NCBI GenBank assembly: GCA_947176605.1
Contig: CAMWRH010000005.1
Span: 810 to 64,809 of the forward strand
From: an uncultured Porphyromonadaceae bacterium
Lineage (GTDB): Bacteria > Bacteroidota > Bacteroidia > Bacteroidales > Muribaculaceae
Direction of reading: 5' to 3'
DNA length: 64,000 nt
Position numbers and translations under genes: made by a program. Below the pieces are notes generated by a model. It made no database searches. It was not told the DNA's origin and saw only the letters and a list, made by a program, of their open reading frames with translations. Of the stretch, positions 1 to 9,920 are shown one piece after another. Within the stretch, counting starts at the first letter, position 1, and each line of letters begins with the position of its first letter.

Positions 1-340
1 CGCCATGCAGGATATTCCAGGTCATTATGGTAAAGGTGGGGTTGCCCGGAGCGGGATCCTGCTCCGAGCCGAGCGGAAACCACATCTTGATCGGTCCGGC
101 ACATGCCAGAAACATCACCACGCCGAGCGAGCCGATCATCCATCGGCCGAAGCAGAACCATGCCAGCGTCACAATGGCCGATGCCGTGAGCAGCACCGGC
201 ATACCGATGGCCAGTACCGAACCCAGAGGAGTGACCTCAGGCGGAATCGTGCCGCCGTAGCATGAGATGGCCGTGACGATATAAAGTATTATCGAGGCCA
301 CCGCCCCGATGATACGCAGTATTGGAGATACGAGAATCAT
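1..340 (-). CDS. Endonuclease/exonuclease/phosphatase (EEP) family protein, N-terminal part (runs off the window edge)
   Basis: Not in the ORF track. Manual translation from ATG at 340 gives MILVSPILRIIGAVASIILY...GNPTFTIMTWNILHG: N-terminal hydrophobic helices followed by the EEP first-strand motif (TxxTWNI). It lies directly downstream of the rhomboid gene. Confidence 0.75.
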   Translation of the reverse strand, partial: MILVSPILRIIGAVASIILYIVTAISCYGGTIPPEVTPLGSVLAIGMPVLLTASAIVTLAWFCFGRWMIGSLGVVMFLACAGPIKMWFPLGSEQDPAPGNPTFTIMTWNILHG

Positions 341-359
341 ATGAATATACGGGAGAGGG

Positions 360-1148
360 TCAGAACTGTTTCATGAATGGATTGCGTCGGCCACCGTTCT
401 GGTGCCGCCATAACAGCAGCAGGATGAGGCCGAAAATCATGCCGCCGAGATGCGCGAAATGAGCCACAGTGCCACCGTTGCCGCTGACACCGAGGAAAAA
501 CTCCACCACCGCGTATCCGGCCACCATATACTTGGCCTTGATCGGCACCGGAATAAAGAAAAGATACAGCGGAATGTCGGGGAAAAGGAACGCGAAGGCC
601 AGAAGGATGCCGAACACGGCCCCCGAAGCTCCTATCGTGACAAGAGCGTTGCGGAAACTGTCCATCAGCGAGGCAAACTGGTCGGGGCGCGTGGCAAGGT
701 AATTCCTTACAGTATCTGACGCAAGCCCGGTCTTATTCACAATCGCATCTACAAACTCATGTTTCCAGGTCAGCGCCCAGGCCCCCTCCTGCACAAGAGC
801 GGCCCCGATGCCACATACGAAATAATAGAACAGAAACCGCTTCGATCCCCACGTCTGCTCGATGATGCGCCCAAACATGTAGAGCGTAAACATGTTGAAG
901 AGCACGTGCATGAACGTATGCTGGTCGTGCAGGAACATATACGTCACCAGCTGGGCCGGATTGAAGTCGGAATCCGAGAAGCTCCAGAAAAAGTGAAGCC
1001 CGAGCAGATCGACCAGCCTGTAGCCGAAGGATCCGCTTACTGCCTCTACGATCCATATGAGGAGATTGATGATGATAAGATTGCGGGTGACGGGTGGTAT
1101 GGAGCGAAACCATCCGCTCACTCCGCCTCCAAATGTATTGTAAGCCAT
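360..1148 (-). CDS. Rhomboid family intramembrane serine protease
   Basis: H-x-x-x-N motif (HVLFNM), catalytic GASG, AHFAHLGG with the catalytic His, and multiple TM segments. Confidence 0.95.
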   Translation of the reverse strand: MAYNTFGGGVSGWFRSIPPVTRNLIIINLLIWIVEAVSGSFGYRLVDLLGLHFFWSFSDSDFNPAQLVTYMFLHDQHTFMHVLFNMFTLYMFGRIIEQTWGSKRFLFYYFVCGIGAALVQEGAWALTWKHEFVDAIVNKTGLASDTVRNYLATRPDQFASLMDSFRNALVTIGASGAVFGILLAFAFLFPDIPLYLFFIPVPIKAKYMVAGYAVVEFFLGVSGNGGTVAHFAHLGGMIFGLILLLLWRHQNGGRRNPFMKQF

Positions 1149-1283
1149 TTCAACAGGATTTTGAATATGTCAGTACCTCTGTGTCAGAACCTTATGCAAA
1201 CAAATGTTAAAAACAGTATGGCGGCAAGGCTCAGGCCGTAAGTGGCTGTGTAAAGTCGCTTGCGACTTGGAGGATTTAAGTTG

Positions 1284-1291
1284 CAAAATTA
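1284..1291 (-). promoter_or_regulatory. Bacteroidota sigma-A -7 element for the rhomboid-EEP unit
   Basis: TAATTTTG on the minus strand, about 135 nt upstream of the rhomboid ATG. Confidence 0.6.
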
Positions 1292-1386
1292 ATAAAAAGC
1301 TGCGGTATGGTGGTGAGTGAAATTGAAAAAAATCCCATTGGCACAAAAATAAGGGTAAAAAAGGATCACCCTAAAGGGTGACATAT

Positions 1387-1426
1387 GCCGGGCGCATCGT
1401 GAGGGCACACCCTCGATGCGCCCGGC
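1387..1426. repeat. GC-rich intergenic palindrome
   Basis: GCCGGGCGCATCG(TG)AGGG-CACA-CCCTCGATGCGCCCGGC: 17-bp stem with a 2-nt bulge. Confidence 0.8.
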
Positions 1427-1586
1427 TGACTGAAGGGAGGCCCGGCGTAATGGCTTCGCACGGCAGGCGCGTTGGTGCGGGGGGCCGGAATTGGCCGGAA
1501 TACGCACTGAATTGGGGTAATAAGAGGCCGATGGAGAGAAAATTCGGGGATGCAACCCTAAAAAATTGAGAAAATTCGCAAATTAG

Positions 1587-1617
1587 TTTGTAAATGTGAT
1601 ATTTATGGCTAATTTTG
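1587..1617 (+). promoter_or_regulatory. Sigma-A promoter for hup
   Basis: TTTG (1587-1590), 19-nt spacer, TAATTTTG (1610-1617). Confidence 0.75.
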
Positions 1618-1838
1618 CTTTTCATTATCCCTTAAGGTCGTGATGAGGCGTAACCATTATGGCTCTTCGGGGGTTATAATTATAGCCCACAAGGGAGCCG
1701 TAAAGGGAAGCGGGCATAGTCCGCCTCCTCTGTGCGGACTGTTCCCGAGGGGCGCGCAGATAGCCGGGATGGCGGAATTGCATACGCAGTATCGCCGCCG
1801 GACCATTAAAACGACATTGAGTAACATATAATATCATT

Positions 1839-2102
1839 ATGAACAAGACAGATCTTATCAACGAGGTAGCAGCCAAGGCCAACCTCAACAAAGTCGATGC
1901 CAAAGCCGCTGTCGACGCAGTGCTCGAATCAATTGCCCAGGCTCTGGTCAACGACGACAAGGTGCAGCTCCTCGGCTTCGGCACATTCTCCATGGTAGAG
2001 AAGCCCGAGCGTGAGGGTATCAACCCCCGCACCAAAGAGAAAATCACCATCGCGGCCCGCAAGACCTGCAAATTCAAACCCGCAGACTCACTGGGTAAAT
2101 AA
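1839..2102 (+). CDS. hup: HU family DNA-binding protein
   Basis: MNKTDLI...VQLLGFGTF...REGINPRTKEKITIAA...FKP matches the HU/IHF signature. Confidence 0.95.
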   Translation: MNKTDLINEVAAKANLNKVDAKAAVDAVLESIAQALVNDDKVQLLGFGTFSMVEKPEREGINPRTKEKITIAARKTCKFKPADSLGK

Positions 2103-2113
2103 TCCGCCGCGTC

Positions 2114-2488
2114 ATGACTCACGACTGGAAAGACGCCCTGTCGGCACTGAAAGGTAGCCTTTCGCCCGGCGAGGGTGCGGATTCAGCCGCAGATGCATCA
2201 GATACCGCCGCCTCCGCAGCTTCATCTGCCGGGGGCGGCGCTGCCGCATCAGCGCGCACATTGCGAATCTTCTACGAGAAAAAGGGGCGTGCCGGCAAGC
2301 CGGCCACCATAATCGATGGATTTGATGCCGCCGACGACTCGGAAGCGCTCGCCACAGCCCGTACGCTCAAGCAGAGGATCGGGTGCGGAGGGTCGGCCCG
2401 CGGTGGCGAAATCCTGCTTCAGGGCGACCGCCGGCAGCAGGCTGCCGACATGCTGCGCTCCATGGGGTATAAGGTCAAGGGGGGATGA
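2114..2488 (+). CDS. Translation initiation factor SUI1/YciH family protein
   Basis: LRIFYEKKGRAGKPATIIDGF...LKQRIGCGGS...ILLQGD is the SUI1 domain. Confidence 0.9.
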   Translation: MTHDWKDALSALKGSLSPGEGADSAADASDTAASAASSAGGGAAASARTLRIFYEKKGRAGKPATIIDGFDAADDSEALATARTLKQRIGCGGSARGGEILLQGDRRQQAADMLRSMGYKVKGG

Positions 2489-2671
2489 CCGGTCCCCGCC
2501 TTACGGCTGCCGGTTCACCCCCCGGCACCGTAGCGCGCCGCTTCCCCCTCCGAAGCGCCCCTCAGGCGCATACCGCGTCCCTTCCGTCACCCCGCATCGC
2601 TCCCGACGCATCCGCTCCATTATCACCGACACAATCCTATTTTTCTTAATTATTCCTACTACGACGGCATC

Positions 2672-5600
2672 ATGTTGACATTACAACGCGCCTCAGCCGG
2701 CTCTGGCAAGACCTACACCCTCACACGCCGATACATCGGCCTGCTGATATCAATCAAAGACCAGGGAGCGGCCGCCCGCCGCCTGCGCACCAAACCCGAA
2801 CTTGCCGACTCGGTGCAGCACATACTCGCTGTCACCTTCACCAACAAGGCCACCAACGAGATGAAAGAGCGCATAATAAGCAAGCTCTATCAGCTCGCAT
2901 ACCCACCCGCATCCGGACAGCAACCTGACTATATGGCCGACTTCATGCAGGAATACGCCGCATCGGCCACCGAAGTAAGCGAAGCCTGCCGCGAGGCGCT
3001 CCATCAGTTGCTTTACGAATACTCCGACTTCAATATCTCCACTATCGATGCCTTCTTCCAGAACATACTCCGCACATTCGCCTACGAGTCCGAACTGCCG
3101 GATGCCTATCAGGTGGTAATCGACTTCAAATACCTCTCCCGCCTGGCGGCCTTCGGACTGGTTGAAGACATAGCCCATGGCACGGCCGAACCGGATGTGC
3201 GGCACTGGATAAGCTCCCTTATCGACACCTCCAACTCAAAAGGTGAAAGCAACTGGAATCTCTTCCAGCGGCGCGAATCATCGCGTGGCGCAGGGGGTGT
3301 GTTCGGTATGCTCTGCAAAATCGGGGAGAATCTTGAAAAGCCCGAACTCGAACAGGAAGTGGGGGCCATCGACGAGTTTCTGGCAAGCGGCATGACACTG
3401 CGTCAGGCCGCCGGGCAGATCAACGACATGATGGAGCAACGCGCCATAGCACTTTTCGCCCCGCTCGTAGGCGCGGCTGCCGAAATGAAGGAAAAATACT
3501 CCGCCCATGGCGACCTTGAGGCCATATTGCCCGGCAAAAAGAGCACCCTGAAATTCCTCAATGCAGTGCTCAGCCCCGATGCCAATCCGCTTGACGACTC
3601 ACTGAAACTGAAAATAGCCGCAAGTCACACAGGGAGCGGACTGACAGCAGCCCTAAAGAGGGAAATGGAGTACCTGCGCCCCGTATACGAAGCACTCGCC
3701 GATGCCTACACGCAATGGCGGGAATTTATCGACAGCAAGGAACTTAAGTGCTGGCACATCTTCGAAAAAGAGCTCCCCTCAGTGGCCCTGATGGAGACAA
3801 TGCGCGAGCGTATCAACAACTTCCTGACCGACAACGATGCCATGAAGCTGGCCGACACCAACTCCATGATACACCGCATCATTGCCGATGATGACGTGCC
3901 ATTCATCTATGAGCGCCTCGGCACACGCCTCAACCACTTTCTGGTGGATGAATTCCAGGACACATCGCTGCTGCAGTGGGAAAACTTCCTCCCCCTGCTG
4001 CGCGAAAGCGAATCGCATGGCCACGACAACCTTATAATCGGCGATGCCAAACAGAGCATCTACCGCTTCCGCAGCGCCGAGCCGACACTGATCACCGAAA
4101 TCGTGCCATCCACATTCCCCGGACTTGAGGAACGCGGATTCTCAGTGGCCGAAAACTCCAACTGGCGCAGCCGAAGGAGAGTGGTGAAATTCAACAATCT
4201 CCTCTTCCGCCTTCTCTCCACACGGCTCAGCGAGCGGATAGCCTCGCTCTATGCCAATACGGTGCAGCTGCCACGCAGCAAGGAGGCCGAGGAAGGGTAT
4301 GTGGAAGTGAATTTCTACGACCGGGCTCTCGTGGCTCCTGATCTTTCGGAAGATGCTGACGATGCGTCGTCCTCTCCGGCCGACAATAACGGTGGCAAAG
4401 TGCCTCCACGCATCGTGGAACGCATAGGAAAGCTGATCACCTCCCTTTTGCGGCGCGGCTACAGGCAGAAGGAAATCGCTGTGCTCGTCAACACCCGCGC
4501 CGCCGGCAAGGAGGTGATAGCCGGGCTGATGGAATATAACCGCACACTCGGCCCCGACGACGCGCCGCTCGAATTCGTGAGCGAGGATTCGCTGACACTC
4601 GACACCTCGGGGGCCGTAAATTCAGTGGTGGAATGCTTCCGGCTCATCCAGCGAAGTGTCGAAGGACATCGCCCCGCACCATCCGGCGAGACTACAGGAG
4701 AGCGGCCATCCACCGTCAACTGGAACGACCTGGGCCACAACTTCAGATTCTTCACGGCCCGATATCCCGACATGCCCCTGCCCGAAAGACTGGATAAATT
4801 CCTGGCCGAAGGGCTTTCCGATACCCTTATCGACGACATGATCGCCGGGATGCAGGCCATCACGCTGCCATCGCTCACCGAAGCGCTCGCAGAGCTTTTC
4901 ACCACCGAAGAGCAGCGCCGCCTCGAAGCCCCGTTCCTTGCCGCTTTCCAGGATGCATTGCTCGATTATTGCGAATCAAATCCCACCGACATCGGCTCAA
5001 TGCTGAGGTGGTGGGATACGTCGGGCCACAACATATCAATCAACTCTCCCGAAGACACGGATGCCATCAACGTAATGACAATCCACAAATCCAAGGGGCT
5101 GGAATTCGAATGCGTGATACTGCCGGATATAGACATCAGTCTTGAACCCGGGAAAGAGACACTCTGGGTCGATGTGCCCGGCGACCTCCCGTATGCCTCG
5201 ATGTTGCCCCGGCGTATGCCGGTGACCCTTAATGCCGAGCAGGCAGCCGACACGCCATGGAACGACATATTCGCCACAGAGCGGCATAACGCACAGGTCG
5301 ACCAGATCAACAAGTCCTACGTAGCCATGACGCGTGCCGTAAGCGAGATGTACCTCTTCCTGCAGGCCCCCTTCAAGGCCGATACCCTGCCGCAGGGTGC
5401 CGAGGTGCCCGAAGGGCGGATTGTGGAGCCGACACTGCTTTCGGACAAGCGCAACACCTCCCGCCTGCGTCATCATCTCTATGAGATATGCCGCGATGCA
5501 GATGAAAGCATAGCCGGTATTGCCGCCCGCCCGGCTCCGCCCCACGGCGAGATTGCAGAATCGGAGATGCTTCCGGCAGAAGGCGACATCACACATGGCC

Positions 5601-6304
5601 CGGATGTGTGGAGCTTCCGCTACGGCGCCCCCCTGGCCGATGTGCCCCGGGCTCTCGCGAACTCACGCAAAAAGAAAGGAGATGCGGGCGAGCAACGCGA
5701 GATAAAGCGCTATTACGTAAATTCCGACCGCGAGATACTTAAATTCCACCCCGACACGACCCCCTACATATCGGATGTGGCCGATGAGGACAGAATCGAC
5801 CCTCGCTCCGAAGGAAGCCTCAAACACGCGGTGCTCGAACTCGTGGAGAAAGAGACTGACCTGCACCGTGCCCTCGAGCGGCTGCGTGGCCGGGGAGTAA
5901 TCACACGCAAGGTGATGCGCCGCTACGAAGGAGAACTGGCCGAAGCGCTCGAGAGCGTAAGGGAACGCGGATGGTTTGACGGTTCGAGCAAGGTGCTCAA
6001 CGAGCGCCCCATGCTGCAGCGCGGCCTGAAGATGAAGCGTCCCGACAGGGTGATGGTAAGCCCCGAGGGTGATGCAGTGGTGGTAGACTATAAATTCGGC
6101 GACGATGCCAACAAGAGCGAACATCACCGTCAGGTAGGTGAATATATCGGCTGGATGCGCGCCATGGGATGCTACCGCAGTGTGCGCGGATACCTGTGGT
6201 ACGTAAAGAAAGGGGAAGTGGTGGAAGTGACACGCTCCATCTCCCCCGAAGAGTCGCGCCGCAATGCCGCAGCCGCCCGGCAGCGCATCGGCAAAGAGGG
6301 GTAA
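2672..6304 (+). CDS. UvrD/AddA-like helicase with C-terminal PD-(D/E)XK nuclease domain
   Basis: Walker A (ASAGSGKT), AVTFTNKA, STIDAFF, LVDEFQD, IGDAKQSIYRFR, MTIHKSKGLEF, YVAMTRA, and a C-terminal RPDR...VVDYK nuclease motif. Confidence 0.92.
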   Translation: MLTLQRASAGSGKTYTLTRRYIGLLISIKDQGAAARRLRTKPELADSVQHILAVTFTNKATNEMKERIISKLYQLAYPPASGQQPDYMADFMQEYAASATEVSEACREALHQLLYEYSDFNISTIDAFFQNILRTFAYESELPDAYQVVIDFKYLSRLAAFGLVEDIAHGTAEPDVRHWISSLIDTSNSKGESNWNLFQRRESSRGAGGVFGMLCKIGENLEKPELEQEVGAIDEFLASGMTLRQAAGQINDMMEQRAIALFAPLVGAAAEMKEKYSAHGDLEAILPGKKSTLKFLNAVLSPDANPLDDSLKLKIAASHTGSGLTAALKREMEYLRPVYEALADAYTQWREFIDSKELKCWHIFEKELPSVALMETMRERINNFLTDNDAMKLADTNSMIHRIIADDDVPFIYERLGTRLNHFLVDEFQDTSLLQWENFLPLLRESESHGHDNLIIGDAKQSIYRFRSAEPTLITEIVPSTFPGLEERGFSVAENSNWRSRRRVVKFNNLLFRLLSTRLSERIASLYANTVQLPRSKEAEEGYVEVNFYDRALVAPDLSEDADDASSSPADNNGGKVPPRIVERIGKLITSLLRRGYRQKEIAVLVNTRAAGKEVIAGLMEYNRTLGPDDAPLEFVSEDSLTLDTSGAVNSVVECFRLIQRSVEGHRPAPSGETTGERPSTVNWNDLGHNFRFFTARYPDMPLPERLDKFLAEGLSDTLIDDMIAGMQAITLPSLTEALAELFTTEEQRRLEAPFLAAFQDALLDYCESNPTDIGSMLRWWDTSGHNISINSPEDTDAINVMTIHKSKGLEFECVILPDIDISLEPGKETLWVDVPGDLPYASMLPRRMPVTLNAEQAADTPWNDIFATERHNAQVDQINKSYVAMTRAVSEMYLFLQAPFKADTLPQGAEVPEGRIVEPTLLSDKRNTSRLRHHLYEICRDADESIAGIAARPAPPHGEIAESEMLPAEGDITHGPDVWSFRYGAPLADVPRALANSRKKKGDAGEQREIKRYYVNSDREILKFHPDTTPYISDVADEDRIDPRSEGSLKHAVLELVEKETDLHRALERLRGRGVITRKVMRRYEGELAEALESVRERGWFDGSSKVLNERPMLQRGLKMKRPDRVMVSPEGDAVVVDYKFGDDANKSEHHRQVGEYIGWMRAMGCYRSVRGYLWYVKKGEVVEVTRSISPEESRRNAAAARQRIGKEG

Positions 6305-6336
6305 TTTGCGTAATTCGACAATAATAACTAAATTTG
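6305..6336 (+). promoter_or_regulatory. Sigma-A promoter for the gldE unit
   Basis: TTTG (6305-6308), 20-nt spacer, TAAATTTG (6329-6336). Confidence 0.7.
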
Positions 6337-6412
6337 CAGCTGATAACTCTGCCCCCCGCTCAGACCGGATTTGCCACCACGGGCAAACAGGGGCAGGCAA
6401 CTTGTATTTATT

Positions 6413-7789
6413 TTGGACACAGACCCTTTACCAACATTCTCCGGATCGCCGGCGACACTATTGACGCTTATGGCGGTCCGGGCCATAGAGTTTCATGCCC
6501 CCGACAACTGGGGCAGCTGGATCATCATCGTGGCCATTGCCGCAGTCTGCCTTATGGTCTCGGCTTTCGTGTCGGGCAGCGAAATAGCCTATTTCGGCCT
6601 CACGCGCGCCCAGATTACCGAACTTGAAGAATCCGACACTCCCGTGGCCCGGCGCGCACTCGGACTCGTGAATGACTCCGAACGCCTGCTTGCCACGATA
6701 CTGATCTCCAACAACCTGGTCAACATCACCATGGTGGTGCTGCTCACTTTCGCCATCAACCAGGCCGTCACCTTCAACTCCGAACTGCTCAACTTCCTGC
6801 TGCAGACCGTATTCCTTACCTTCCTGCTGCTGCTCTGCGGCGAGATCTTCCCGAAACTCGTGGCCCGCAGCAACACAATGAAGTGGGTGCTCGCCGCCAC
6901 AGGCGGCCTTGGCGCGTTATGCCGCATATTCTCGCCGCTGGCGAGGCTGATGGTGAAATCGTCGGCCATAATCAACCGTGTAGTCACCAAACAGCAGGAA
7001 GACATCTCGACCGATGTGCTCGAAAAGGCCCTCTCAATCTCCGACATCAAAGAGGGGCAGGAGAAGGATATGCTCGAAGGGATACTCAACTTCGGCGAAA
7101 AGGAGGTGTCGGAAATCATGATTTCACGCGTGGACGTGACCGATGTGGAATACCACGAGACATGGGACAATGTGATAAAGGTGATACTCGAATCCGGATA
7201 TTCGCGTATCCCGGTATACGACACGTCGCAGGATACGATCCGCGGCATACTCTACTCCAAAGACCTGCTCCCCTATATCGGCAACCGCGACAACTCGTTC
7301 CGCTGGCAATCGCTCATACGCGAGGCATTCTTCGTGCCAGAAAGCCGCAAGATCGACGACCTGCTCGAAGACTTCCGCAAACGCCGGATACACATGGCCA
7401 TCGTGATCGATGAATACGGCTGCACGCAGGGGATAGTGGCCCTGGAGGACATAATCGAGGAAATCGTAGGAGAGATCGATGATGAATATGACGATACGGC
7501 CACGATGTACACACGTGTGGCACCCGGCACATACATCATGGACGGCAAAATATCGATAGGCGACCTCTGCCGGGTGCTCGATATCGAAGAAGACGACCTC
7601 GGCGATGTGGGCGATGCAGAAACCCTGGCCGGGCTGATGCTCGAAATAAAAGGGGATTTCCCCGAATCGCGCGAGGTGCTGCATCGCGGCCCCCTGGCCC
7701 TGCAGGCCCTTAAGCTTGAAAAACACCGCATCACGAAGGTGAAAGTGACCGTAGAACACACCTCTAATCAACAAGAGAATGGAGACTGA
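6413..7789 (+). CDS. gldE: GldE-like CNNM/CBS/CorC-domain membrane protein (hemolysin/TlyC family)
   Basis: SGSEIAYF, LLATILISNNLVN, GEIFPK, paired CBS domains (SRIPVY, DEYG) and a C-terminal CorC domain. The start is uncertain: I chose the TTG at 6413 because it lies downstream of the promoter; the ORF track starts at 6371. Confidence 0.85.
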   Translation: MDTDPLPTFSGSPATLLTLMAVRAIEFHAPDNWGSWIIIVAIAAVCLMVSAFVSGSEIAYFGLTRAQITELEESDTPVARRALGLVNDSERLLATILISNNLVNITMVVLLTFAINQAVTFNSELLNFLLQTVFLTFLLLLCGEIFPKLVARSNTMKWVLAATGGLGALCRIFSPLARLMVKSSAIINRVVTKQQEDISTDVLEKALSISDIKEGQEKDMLEGILNFGEKEVSEIMISRVDVTDVEYHETWDNVIKVILESGYSRIPVYDTSQDTIRGILYSKDLLPYIGNRDNSFRWQSLIREAFFVPESRKIDDLLEDFRKRRIHMAIVIDEYGCTQGIVALEDIIEEIVGEIDDEYDDTATMYTRVAPGTYIMDGKISIGDLCRVLDIEEDDLGDVGDAETLAGLMLEIKGDFPESREVLHRGPLALQALKLEKHRITKVKVTVEHTSNQQENGD

Positions 7790-8501
7790 ATTCATATTCT
7801 GGCGACACGCCACATCAGCCGGAATCCAGGTGGAGGAAATATGTGGCGGTGAGGATAAATCGGCCGCACTCTGGAAGGTGATGGCCCTCCAGGTGTTTGG
7901 CGAGAATGGCGGCGACCGCTACCGCGAGATAGAGCATGCCGAATCCGGCGCGCCGCTGCTTGCCGATGTGCGGCAACGCATCTCGGTGAGCCATACGCGC
8001 CACTTCATGGTGATAGCCATGCTGCCGCGCACTCCGGAGGCCGACCTGCTGGAGTTTGCCCCCCGCACCGCAATGGGGATAGACTGCGAGCCGGCCGACC
8101 GGGCGCAGACACTGCGCGTGGCCGACCGGGTGATGACTCCCGAAGAGCTCTCGCTTACCGCCGGCTATGCCGTCTCCCTCTGTCAGGGCGACGCCCACCA
8201 TGCCCCGATGCCGGAGGAAGAGGCCCGCGTCATGGCCAATGTGTTGGCCTGGACCATCAAGGAGGCCCTGTATAAGGCTGCCCTCACTCCCGGACTCGAC
8301 TTCCGCACGCATCTGCAGATATGCGCGATGCCCGAGATATGCGGCAATCCGATGGTGCGCAGTCCACGCTACGGCACTGCCCGTATCCACTTCCCCGACG
8401 GGCGCCCGTCGGCCGATATGGAGCTGTTCAGCTATCTCAGCGAAGGGCATGTGGTGACGCTTGCCTATTCGCCCAAATGTGCCAAATTTTCGCGCGGCTG
8501 A
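7779..8501 (+). CDS. 4'-phosphopantetheinyl transferase superfamily protein (Sfp-like)
   Basis: ISVSHT, MGIDCE and AWTIKEALYKA motifs; start overlaps the gldE stop. Confidence 0.85.
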   Translation: METEFIFWRHATSAGIQVEEICGGEDKSAALWKVMALQVFGENGGDRYREIEHAESGAPLLADVRQRISVSHTRHFMVIAMLPRTPEADLLEFAPRTAMGIDCEPADRAQTLRVADRVMTPEELSLTAGYAVSLCQGDAHHAPMPEEEARVMANVLAWTIKEALYKAALTPGLDFRTHLQICAMPEICGNPMVRSPRYGTARIHFPDGRPSADMELFSYLSEGHVVTLAYSPKCAKFSRG

Positions 8502-8505
8502 CGGT

Positions 8506-9348
8506 ATGGCGAAGCTTCAGGTGATGATAGCCACATTCGGAGCCGAGGGACTCGCCCGTGTGGCGACGATGAAGCTCCCCGCGCTCGAAGGGGTGGTGGA
8601 ATACCTGGTAAGCTGCCAGATACCCGAAGGAGAGCCTCCGGCATTGCCCGCCGCTCTGCGGCGCAGTGATGTGGATGTGGCGTTTGAACGCAGCCGCGGA
8701 GTGGCACGCAACCGCAACCTGCTCCTCTCCCGCTGGACCTCCCCCTACGGACTGATAGCCGACGACGACCTCGACTATACCTCCGCATCGCTGCTTGACG
8801 TGATAGCGGCATTCGATGATGAACCCGACCTGGACTTCGCCGCATTCATGCACGTCATAGCCGATGGCACGACGGAGAAACCCTATCCTTCCGAAACTTT
8901 CGATATGGCCCGTCCGGCCAAAGGGTATTTCCCTACCGCTCCCGAATTCGCGTTGCGCCGCGCAAGTCTGCTCAGACATGGCATACGCTACAATGAGCGC
9001 TTCGGAGTGGGATGCGAGCGCTACGCCAGCGGAGAGGAAGACCTCCTGCTCGATGACATGCTTCGCGCCGGACTGCGCGGACGCTTCATCCCGCTGAAAC
9101 TCTGCGTGCATCACGGAGCCACGACCGGCATACGCTCTGCCGCACGCCCCGGAGTGCTGCGTGCCCAGGGAGCGGTGCTGCACCGCACTCACCCGCTGAC
9201 CGCCCCGCTGCGGCTGCTGCTCAAGGCGCGGCGCACGTCGCGTGCCACGGGCACCCCCTTTGCCATCTGCCTGTGGCATCTGCTGACCGGATGGAAGGAT
9301 GCACTCCTGCACGGGCACGAGATATTCTCCACTTCACCTCAGAGGTAG
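8506..9348 (+). CDS. Glycosyltransferase family 2 (GT-A fold)
   Basis: GVARNRN, IADDD (DxD motif), YNERFGVG...SGEEDLLL. The likely start is the ATG at 8506, just after the PPTase stop. Confidence 0.8.
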   Translation: MAKLQVMIATFGAEGLARVATMKLPALEGVVEYLVSCQIPEGEPPALPAALRRSDVDVAFERSRGVARNRNLLLSRWTSPYGLIADDDLDYTSASLLDVIAAFDDEPDLDFAAFMHVIADGTTEKPYPSETFDMARPAKGYFPTAPEFALRRASLLRHGIRYNERFGVGCERYASGEEDLLLDDMLRAGLRGRFIPLKLCVHHGATTGIRSAARPGVLRAQGAVLHRTHPLTAPLRLLLKARRTSRATGTPFAICLWHLLTGWKDALLHGHEIFSTSPQR

Positions 9349-9373
9349 AAATCTGCGGGATTTAACGAATTTT

Positions 9374-9417
9374 AGGGATGTACTGCAAAGCCTTGGCAGT
9401 ACATCCCTTTAACTTTG
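9374..9417 (+). terminator. Intrinsic terminator of the gldE unit, overlapping the next promoter
   Basis: Perfect 13-bp stem AGGGATGTACTGC/GCAGTACATCCCT followed by TTAACTTTG, which contains the -7 element TAACTTTG (9410-9417). Confidence 0.7.
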
Positions 9418-9537
9418 CAGTCGTAAATCAGAGCCGGAAGAGACCGGCTTATGGCCGCCAGAACAAGCTTCGACGGCATTCAACGCAAGATGTATACTTT
9501 TTTTTGAGTCCTATTCTTTATCAAAACATTCAACGTC

Positions 9538-9711
9538 ATGAGCATCACATTTATCCGCACCGAAAAAAAATCCTGTCCCAACCCGCAGTGCGACACGAAA
9601 AGGGAGGAAAAGCGACGCCGGAAAGGGAAGTGGATGGAGCAGGCCGGCATATGGCTGGTGTATGCCATCGGAATGACGATGGTGCTGCTTCAGCTGCGCT
9701 CGCTGATCTGA
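9538..9711 (+). CDS. Small 57-aa putative membrane protein
   Basis: MSITFIRTEKKSCPNPQCDTKREEKRRRKGKWMEQAGIWLVYAIGMTMVLLQLRSLI*. It has an upstream -7 promoter, an A-rich start context, a basic region and a C-terminal hydrophobic helix. Confidence 0.55.
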   Translation: MSITFIRTEKKSCPNPQCDTKREEKRRRKGKWMEQAGIWLVYAIGMTMVLLQLRSLI

Positions 9712-9920
9712 GCGTCAGAATAGCTCCGGAGGAGCGTAGGGCGCTCTAATGAGCGCCTCTGCCGACGGAGGCGGGGTACCCGCCCCGGAATACGGCCGGC
9801 TCAGGACGGCCGCCCGTAGTTTAATCGTAAAATCAGCGCGGCTGATACCCGGAATCCGGGTGTCAGCCGCGCTGTCATTGTAAGGTGCGGACTCTCTTGA
9901 ATCTTCAGTCGCATTGATCT

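Noticed and set aside
6413-7789. gldE as evidence of gliding motility
   Set aside because: The family (CNNM/CBS/CorC) is widespread in non-motile Bacteroidales, and no other gld/spr motility genes are present here.
7779-8501. Sfp-type PPTase as a marker of a secondary-metabolite cluster
   Set aside because: No NRPS, PKS or carrier-protein genes occur in the window; the context next to gldE is housekeeping.
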